Assembly: GCA_964530715.1 (NCBI GenBank)
Contig: CAZHBC010000001.1
Location: forward strand, 2,628-66,627
Direction of reading: 5' to 3'
From: an uncultured Sutterella sp.
Lineage (GTDB): Bacteria; Pseudomonadota; Gammaproteobacteria; Burkholderiales; Burkholderiaceae_F
DNA: 64,000 nucleotides
Of this stretch, positions 57,177 through 64,000 are shown piece by piece. How positions within the stretch are numbered: position 1 is the stretch's first letter; each line of letters begins with the position of its first letter. A program made the translations under genes and the position numbers. The notes under the pieces were generated by a model that saw only the letters and a program-made list of their open reading frames with translations, was not told the DNA's origin and ran no database searches.

Positions 57177-58484
57177 CTATTCTTTTATTAGTAGAGCGTA
57201 AAAGAATCCATCATGTACCCGAGGAAGCCCGTCAGAGGGCTCTGCGGGCAAATCTCTTGGCAACAGGGTCAACGACGGAGGAAGTCCCGAGGCAAGATTC
57301 TTTTCATGCGCATCTTTGTGTCGCCGTAAAAATTCGCTTACCTGACCTTTCCCTTCTTCTCTAAAGACTGAGCATACGACATACAAAAGCCTTCCTCCAA
57401 ACTTTAGGCGGGGCCATAGCGTTTCAAGGAGATTTTTTTGTTGTTTTGCAAGCGATTCAATGTCTTCGGGTTTACGTAGAAAAGGAACATCAGGGTGCCG
57501 TCTCACGATGCCGCTTGCTGTACAAGGCGCATCAAGCAAAATGGCATCGAATCGCATATCTTTTGGAAAAGTTTCCGGATTGGAGGCATCGGCATTAAGA
57601 ACCGTAGCCTCGAGATTTAAACGCGTGAGATTTTCTTCAATGAGCGTAGCACGCGAGGGGTTAATTTCCGCTGCAATGACGCGGGCGTTAGAAATTTCCA
57701 ATAGGTGGCAAGTTTTTCCACCAGGAGCGGCGCAGGCATCCAAAACTAGTTCTCCGTCACGAGGAGCAAGAAATCGAGCAGCAAGCTGTGCACCAGTGTC
57801 TTGTACGCTTACAACGCCTTCAGAAAAGCCAGGAATTTCCTCAACAGGGAGAGCTTCCTTAAAGAGGACGCCATCTTCCCCGAGAGGCGTGACTGCAATG
57901 CCTTGATTTGCAAGAGTTTCACAGTAGGCCTGTGGAGAACTTTTCTTGCGATTAACACGCAAAATCAAACGCGGAGGAACCTGAGCAAGCGAGAGAAGTG
58001 CATCGGTATTTTCTTTTCCGATTGAAGTGTCGAGTTTTTTAATGTACCAATTTGGTGCATTAAGACGTACACATCTGTCGCGTCGAACGGATTCAATCAA
58101 GGAGTCTTTTTCTCTACAAAAGCGTCGAAGACAGGCATTGACAAAGCCACTTGCTTTTTGAAGTGTTTTCTCGGACTTCACAAAGCGGACGGTTTCATTA
58201 ACGAGCGCATAGTCTTTCTTTGGAGAAACCAAGATTTCACTTAAGGCAAGCATTAAGGTGCGACGTACGGAGTCCGTTGGGGCTCTTTGCGCGAGGCTTT
58301 GAATAAGAGCGTCACAGAGATAGTAGTGTCGCGCAAGATCGTAGAGGATAGCCTGAAGAGCAGGACGAAACTCTCCCTTCTTACTCGAAGCGCCAGCTAT
58401 TGCACTGTCGAGAGTTTCTCCCGATTCAAATCGAGAAAGTGCCGCAAGAGAGTAGCCTAAGAGTGAGCAAAACGAGGAGCTCAT
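57177..58484 (-). CDS. rsmB: 16S rRNA m5C967 methyltransferase
   Basis: VNACLRRF, VSVQD, LDACAAPGGKT, LDAPCTASGIVRRHPD, DGFFYA. Confidence 0.96.
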   Translation of the reverse strand: MSSSFCSLLGYSLAALSRFESGETLDSAIAGASSKKGEFRPALQAILYDLARHYYLCDALIQSLAQRAPTDSVRRTLMLALSEILVSPKKDYALVNETVRFVKSEKTLQKASGFVNACLRRFCREKDSLIESVRRDRCVRLNAPNWYIKKLDTSIGKENTDALLSLAQVPPRLILRVNRKKSSPQAYCETLANQGIAVTPLGEDGVLFKEALPVEEIPGFSEGVVSVQDTGAQLAARFLAPRDGELVLDACAAPGGKTCHLLEISNARVIAAEINPSRATLIEENLTRLNLEATVLNADASNPETFPKDMRFDAILLDAPCTASGIVRRHPDVPFLRKPEDIESLAKQQKNLLETLWPRLKFGGRLLYVVCSVFREEGKGQVSEFLRRHKDAHEKNLASGLPPSLTLLPRDLPAEPSDGLPRVHDGFFYALLIKE

Positions 58485-59437
58485 TTGAGTTGGTCTCCCT
58501 GAGCGATGGGAAAACTCTGTAAGAACGGTTCAGTAGCCATGACAGGCTTCCCTGCTTTCTGTAGTTTCAGACACTCAAGGGCGCCCGTGCCGCAGGCGAT
58601 GATAAGTTTTTTCTTCGCACAAAGAACCGTACCGGGCTCCCCTGAAGCCTCTAGAGCACGGACAGCACGAATTTTGAAAACTTCTCCGTGTAGCGAACTC
58701 TGTAAGCCAGGGAACGGGGAGAATGCTCGAGAACGACGCTCTAAAACGTCTGCTGGCAAGGTCCAGTCAATCGTGGCTTCTGTCTTGAGAATTTTTTTCG
58801 CGTAAGTCGATTTACTATCGTCTTGGGGAATGCGCTTAAGAGAAGAACTTTTAGAGAGAGCTTCAACGATAGCCGTGGCTCCAAGACTCGAAAGCTTTTC
58901 TGTGAGAGATTCTGCGGTGTCAGTTTCAAGGATAGGAATTTCTTTTGTAAGGAGAACAGAACCTGTGTCTAGTCCCTCTTCCATTTCCATAATGCAAATC
59001 CCTGTTTTTGTATCACCAGCCTCAATGGCACGCTGTATCGGAGCAGCTCCTCGCCATCTAGGTAAAAGGGATGCGTGAATATTAATTGAGTGGACTGTAG
59101 GGTTTGGGCCAATTCCACGAGCGGCAAAAAGGGCTCTTTTCGGAAGAATGAGACCATAGGCAGCGACGATAAGAACGTCCACTTCGCTTCTCTCAAGAGT
59201 GGCAAGAGCAGCCTCCGCCCCCTCGGGGTCTTTAGTAACCGAGAGAGTTCTAGGCGTGATAACTGGGATTGCGTTTTCTATAGCAACCTCTTTCACAGGG
59301 GAGGGTTTCAATTTCATCCCTCGACCACTCGGGCGGTCTGGTTGTGTGAGGACAAGAACGACTTCGTGCCCTGCGGCTAGGATGCCTCGCAAGGCGACGG
59401 CGGCAAAGTCAGGAGTACCAGCAAAAGCAACACGCAT
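58481..59437 (-). CDS. fmt: Methionyl-tRNA formyltransferase
   Basis: FAGTPDFA, TQPDRPSGRG, NIHASLLPRWRGAAPIQRAI, GLDTG. Confidence 0.98.
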   Translation of the reverse strand: MRVAFAGTPDFAAVALRGILAAGHEVVLVLTQPDRPSGRGMKLKPSPVKEVAIENAIPVITPRTLSVTKDPEGAEAALATLERSEVDVLIVAAYGLILPKRALFAARGIGPNPTVHSINIHASLLPRWRGAAPIQRAIEAGDTKTGICIMEMEEGLDTGSVLLTKEIPILETDTAESLTEKLSSLGATAIVEALSKSSSLKRIPQDDSKSTYAKKILKTEATIDWTLPADVLERRSRAFSPFPGLQSSLHGEVFKIRAVRALEASGEPGTVLCAKKKLIIACGTGALECLKLQKAGKPVMATEPFLQSFPIAQGDQLK

Positions 59438-59550
59438 ATAAATTCTCAGTTTTGATGAGTTTTTTGGGGCCACGCTTTGAGGAGTTGCCTTAAGGCGACC
59501 CTTATAATTAAGCGATTGAATTTTACCGAATGCAGCTCTAGGGACCTGCG

Positions 59551-59605
59551 TTTCTAACTTCGGAATTTGCTATTTAAACCGACCGTTTTTGCCCGAAGTT
59601 AGAAA
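59551..59605. repeat. 13-bp perfect inverted repeat with 29-nt spacer
   Basis: TTTCTAACTTCGG (59551-59563) / CCGAAGTTAGAAA (59593-59605). Confidence 0.75.
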
Positions 59606-59634
59606 GAGGCTGAAACAGAAAGAGAAATTTTGAG

Positions 59635-60522
59635 ATGGATCGAGTTTACCGTTTGGCCTATAGAGAATATGGTGATCCGACATTACCGACGATTGTCCTG
59701 CTGATGGGGCTCGGAATGCCTTCGATTGCCTGGCCTGAATCTTTAATTCAGACGCTTATTCGCCAAGGATTACACGTTATCGCTCCGGATAACCGCGATT
59801 GCGGTGAAAGCGAGCACGGTAGTGAAAAAATTGCTTTTTGGTCGGTGGCAAGGTCGGTGGCTTGGTATTTAGCAGGCGGTTCCGTTAAGGCTCCATATAC
59901 GGTCGATGATATGGCTGCGGACGTAGAAGGCCTTTTAAATCAAAAAGGGCTAGAAAGGGTTCATATTGCAGGATTTTCTTTGGGTGGAATGATTGCCCAG
60001 GCTTTTGCCTTAAGGGCGCCACATCGGACGATAACGCTTTCGTGTATTTCTACAGCAAGCGGCAATCCGAAAACGGGTTTGGGTAGGTGGAATGCGGTTC
60101 GCGCAGTATTAAATAACTGCAAGCAGGAAGAGAATGCAGAACGCCGCTATAAGAAATTAGTCAAACTTGTTAAAACGATTGGGAGCCCAGGGGCAAACTA
60201 CAGCGACGCTGAATTAATGCGTCTTATGCAGGTACTCAAGGGCGCAAATGTTTCCGAGGAGACAGTTCGTAGGCAGTTGATGGCAATCTTAGCGGGAGGC
60301 AATCGATGCCGACGTTTGCGGCAACTTGTTGTTCCAACGCTCATCATTCACGGAGAGGCCGACCCGTTGCTTCCGATTCGTGCAGGTGAAGAACTTGCCC
60401 ACTGTATCGAAGGGGCAAAACTTTGTCGCATCCGCGGTATGGGACATGACCTCCCGGAGACTTTTGTAGAAGAAATCGGCTGCGCTCTTGCGCAACACTG
60501 CTATAGCGGTGTGTTGCGTTAG
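59635..60522 (+). CDS. Alpha/beta-fold hydrolase (esterase-like)
   Basis: LLMGLG, DNRDCG, GFSLGGMIAQ nucleophile elbow, IHGEADPL, GMGHDLP. Confidence 0.93.
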   Translation: MDRVYRLAYREYGDPTLPTIVLLMGLGMPSIAWPESLIQTLIRQGLHVIAPDNRDCGESEHGSEKIAFWSVARSVAWYLAGGSVKAPYTVDDMAADVEGLLNQKGLERVHIAGFSLGGMIAQAFALRAPHRTITLSCISTASGNPKTGLGRWNAVRAVLNNCKQEENAERRYKKLVKLVKTIGSPGANYSDAELMRLMQVLKGANVSEETVRRQLMAILAGGNRCRRLRQLVVPTLIIHGEADPLLPIRAGEELAHCIEGAKLCRIRGMGHDLPETFVEEIGCALAQHCYSGVLR

Positions 60523-61052
60523 GCTTCGTTGTGATGTTTCTTTTCGCGAGCCTTCTCTTTACGGAGCTTTGCAAGCTTTGCAATTGCTCTATTTTTCTTC
60601 AGCAGGCTCAAGTGGTCAATGAAGACGTGCCCATCTAGATGGTCTACTTCATGCTGAACACAGATTGCTAGGAGTCCTTCGCAGTCAAAATCGAAGGGTT
60701 TCCCCTCAAGATCAAAGGCAGAGACGTGCACCTTGGCAGCGCGTTTAATTTTCTCTGTGAGGTCAGGAAGCGACAAACACCCTTCTTCTCCCTCGATTGT
60801 TTCATCTGTGAGGACGGTTACAGTCGGATTCACAAGGGCGAGGAGTTGTGTTTTTTCATCGGAAACGTCAATAACGACGAGCCGCAAGAGTTTCCCAACC
60901 TGAGGCGCAGCGAGCCCAACACCAGGAGCTGCGTACATGGTCTCAGCCATATCGGCGGCAAGCTCCTTTAAAGAGGCATCAAAGTTGACAACAGGATTGG
61001 CAACTTTAGTCAGAATTTCAGCAGGGTACTCAACAATGGGCAACAAGGCCAC
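60519..61052 (-). CDS. def: Peptide deformylase
   Basis: GVGLAAPQVG, EGCLSL, QHEVDHLDG; GGAG SD before GTG. Confidence 0.98.
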   Translation of the reverse strand: MALLPIVEYPAEILTKVANPVVNFDASLKELAADMAETMYAAPGVGLAAPQVGKLLRLVVIDVSDEKTQLLALVNPTVTVLTDETIEGEEGCLSLPDLTEKIKRAAKVHVSAFDLEGKPFDFDCEGLLAICVQHEVDHLDGHVFIDHLSLLKKNRAIAKLAKLRKEKAREKKHHNEA

Positions 61053-61414
61053 GGCAATTTCTCCGTAGAAAAAAACGAGGGACGTTCCTCGAGAGGGCTC
61101 AATTGTATCCGTTTCTTATTTAGTACATTGCCTGAGATTGACTAAATGGTGAAGAAATGCAAGGGGAATTTCAGAGGACAAGGAAGCCCTTCTTTTTCTC
61201 AAAAAGTAGACAGTTTGCAACTTTTTCAAGCACAACGCTTTCTTTTCGCAATGCAAGGAAAAAGAGAAATTTCCTTAAAAAACAATAGGAAAAAATTAAT
61301 TTAAGGGAAAGAACCTTTTCTTTTTTTTAAAAGTGTGGTTATCCTATAAAAAAGAAGAGCAAGCCTAGAGTGGCTGCTAAAAACGGGGGAAATGCCCCCT
61401 AGAGAGAGATTTAA

Positions 61415-63928
61415 ATGACAAAATTGATTATCGCCGAAAAACCCTCGGTAGCGGTGGATATTGCCCACGTCCTGGGAGGGATGAAAAAGAAAGGCGATTT
61501 CTATGAAGGTAACGGTTGGATTGTTGCAAATGCCTTGGGGCATTTGTTGGAACTCGCTTGTCCAGAAAAGTATGAAGTCAAACGTGGCAAATGGACATTT
61601 GGCCATTTGCCCGTCTTGCCACCGACCTTTGACTTAAAGCCGATTGCCAAATCTGGCGAGAAGTTAAAGAGCCTTGCACGCCTTATTCGCAGAGCCGATG
61701 TGGACACGATTATCAATGCATGTGATGCGGGACGAGAAGGGGAACTGATTTTCCGCTACATCATGCAGGCAACAAAGGCAAAAAAGAAGATTGAACGTCT
61801 TTGGTTGCAGTCCATGACGCCAGCGGCAATTAAAGAAGCGTTTTCTCACCTAAGAACAGACGAAGAGATGACAAAGCTTGCCGATGCGGCTCGCTCTCGC
61901 TCGGAAGCAGATTGGCTAGTGGGAATTAACGGAACGCGGGCCATGACCGCCTTTAACAGTTTGGACGGAGGCTTTTTCCTAACGACAGTCGGCCGAGTTC
62001 AAACGCCGACATTGGCTATCGTTGTGAGGCGGGAAAATGAGATTCGCGCCTTTAAGCCTGAGCCTTATTGGGAAGTGGAAGCAGATTTTTCCTTTGATGG
62101 CAATTCCTATAAGGGACGTTGGTTTGATCCGAAGTTTAAAAAGGATGCCAAACGGCCTGAGGCGAAAAGTGAACGCATCTTCGAAAAAGCAAAGGCCGAC
62201 GCCATCTGTAAGGCAGTGAAGGGTAAGCCAGGAAAGGTAGAGGAAACTGCCAAACGCACGAGTAGTCTTCCCGCGCAACTTTTCGATTTAACGAGCCTAC
62301 AACGTGAGGCAAACAATCGATTTGGTTTTTCTGCCAAAACGACGCTCTCCATTGCGCAAGCTCTTTATGAAAAACACAAGGCGCTCACGTATCCGAGAAC
62401 AGACTCTCGCGTTCTTCCAGAAGATTACGTAAAGACGGTTTATAAGACCCTACAGATGCTCACGGCAAATGCAGATGTCGGAAACTTTGCTAAACGGGTG
62501 GTCTCTGAGAAATGGGTACACCTCACGAAGAGAGTCTTCGATAACAGCAAGATTAGCGATCACTTTGCCATCATTCCGACACTGCAACCGCCGCATTTGA
62601 CTTTAACCGAAGCGGAAAAGAAGGTATATGACCTTGTTTTGAAACGCTTTATCGCGGTCTTTTATCCAGCGGCCGAATACGATGTGACAACACGCATCAC
62701 GACGGTCGCAGAAGAACACTTCAAGACCGAAGGTAAAGTTCTTGTTTCCCCTGGCTGGTTAGAGGTCTATGGGAAGGCAGCCGCCAACGGAGATGCCACA
62801 TCCCTTTGCGCTTTGGGTAAGACAAAAACAGTCGAGACAACGGATGCGAAAAGACTTGACTGTGAAACGAAGGCGCCAGCTCGCTACACGGAAGCAACAC
62901 TTCTTTCTGCAATGGAAAGCGCAGGGCGACTCGTCGAGGATGACGAACTTCGTGAGGCAATGGCAGAAAAGGGGTTAGGGACTCCAGCGACGCGAGCGGC
63001 AATTATCGAAAACTTAATCGATCAGAACTACATGCGCCGTGAAGGGCGAGACCTCGTCCCAAGTGCTAAGGCAAAGCAACTTTTCACGCTCATCAACGGC
63101 TTGGGGATTGGAGCTCTCTCCGACCCGGCATTAACGGGTGAATGGGAGTACAAACTTAGTCAAATCGAAAAGGGGAAACTGCAGCGCAATGACTTTATGC
63201 GAGAAATTCGCGAGATGACTACGCACATTGTCGATGCTGCTAAGCAGTACGAAGGCGACACGGTTCCAGTAGAAAATCCAATACATCTACAGCACCGTTG
63301 CCCGAAGTGTGGTGGCGAGGTGGTTGAAAACTATCGCCGCTACGCTTGTACCAACCCGCAGTGTGATTTCAGTCTTCCGAAACATCCTGGCGGAAGAACC
63401 CTTGAAGTCGATGAAGTCGAAAAACTTCTTGCCGATGGTTCTGTTGGCCCATTGACGGGCTTTATCAGTAAACTCGGTCGTCCTTTTGCTGCGGTTCTTC
63501 GGCTAACAGCAGAGAAAAAACTTGAGTTTGACTTTGGACAAGAGGAAAAGACCGAACAGGAAGAGGAAGACGTTTCGACTCTACCTCACGTCGGTACTTG
63601 CCCGAAGTGTGGTGGCCGAATCCTCGAAGGAGCGACAAGCTATTTCTGTGAACATACGACAGGACATCGCACCTGCGATTTCCGTCTCGGTCGTGTGATT
63701 TTGCAACAGCCAATCGTAGAGGCTGAGTGTCAAAAGATTCTCGCAGAAGGAAAGAGCTCGCTACTTACTGGGTTCGTCAGTAACAGGACACATCGCAAGT
63801 TCAAGGCCTATCTTGTTTTGGATAAAAAGACAGGAAAAATTGGCTTTGAATTTCAAAAGCGAGAAGAGAGTCCTGCGAAAACGACAGCAAAAACCTCTGT
63901 ACGGAAAAAGAAAACAAAGCAAGCTTAA
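61415..63928 (+). CDS. topB: DNA topoisomerase III
   Basis: LIIAEKPSVA, NACDAGREGELIF, VGRVQTPTL, LTYPRTDS, GLGTPATRA, C-terminal zinc-finger/Toprim repeats. Confidence 0.96.
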   Translation: MTKLIIAEKPSVAVDIAHVLGGMKKKGDFYEGNGWIVANALGHLLELACPEKYEVKRGKWTFGHLPVLPPTFDLKPIAKSGEKLKSLARLIRRADVDTIINACDAGREGELIFRYIMQATKAKKKIERLWLQSMTPAAIKEAFSHLRTDEEMTKLADAARSRSEADWLVGINGTRAMTAFNSLDGGFFLTTVGRVQTPTLAIVVRRENEIRAFKPEPYWEVEADFSFDGNSYKGRWFDPKFKKDAKRPEAKSERIFEKAKADAICKAVKGKPGKVEETAKRTSSLPAQLFDLTSLQREANNRFGFSAKTTLSIAQALYEKHKALTYPRTDSRVLPEDYVKTVYKTLQMLTANADVGNFAKRVVSEKWVHLTKRVFDNSKISDHFAIIPTLQPPHLTLTEAEKKVYDLVLKRFIAVFYPAAEYDVTTRITTVAEEHFKTEGKVLVSPGWLEVYGKAAANGDATSLCALGKTKTVETTDAKRLDCETKAPARYTEATLLSAMESAGRLVEDDELREAMAEKGLGTPATRAAIIENLIDQNYMRREGRDLVPSAKAKQLFTLINGLGIGALSDPALTGEWEYKLSQIEKGKLQRNDFMREIREMTTHIVDAAKQYEGDTVPVENPIHLQHRCPKCGGEVVENYRRYACTNPQCDFSLPKHPGGRTLEVDEVEKLLADGSVGPLTGFISKLGRPFAAVLRLTAEKKLEFDFGQEEKTEQEEEDVSTLPHVGTCPKCGGRILEGATSYFCEHTTGHRTCDFRLGRVILQQPIVEAECQKILAEGKSSLLTGFVSNRTHRKFKAYLVLDKKTGKIGFEFQKREESPAKTTAKTSVRKKKTKQA

Positions 63929-64000
63929 AAGGCTAAGAGTCTTAGCGAAGGGTTTTTAACCAAAGTCAAAGACTTGTTTTGTGAAGGGCCAAATCCCCGA

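Noticed and set aside
63934..63977. Short palindromes after topB (GCTAAGAGTCTTAGC; AAGTCAAAGACTT)
   Set aside because: Short and at the window edge; probably part of a terminator region and cannot be evaluated further.

Overview
This is a core-chromosome window around the replication origin of a betaproteobacterium (Burkholderiales-type gene order). The menA gene, AT-rich composition and compact gene set would fit a gut Sutterellaceae-like organism, but that placement is inference. The window holds priA (truncated by the edge), hemE, the full F1Fo atp operon, parAB with two perfect parS sites, mnmG/rsmG/mnmE, yidC-yidD-rnpA-rpmH, dnaA-dnaN-gyrB, envelope and cofactor genes, gatCAB, a permease-less PTS, trkAH, an NtrY/NtrX-type two-component locus, rsmB-fmt-def and topB. 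I found no mobile elements, CRISPR arrays, rRNAs or tRNAs. The strongest signals are: (i) a probable oriC at about 27.4-27.67 kb, downstream of gyrB rather than next to dnaA, with DnaA-trios, a GC spacer, DnaA boxes and an apparent strand-skew switch; (ii) a separate DARS/datA-like DnaA-box cluster with a perfect IHF site between priA and hemE; (iii) apparent absence of the mreBCD-mrdAB block between gatC and rlpA, together with a PBP5/DacA homolog lacking all three catalytic motifs; (iv) an insertion in the DnaA initiator-specific motif.
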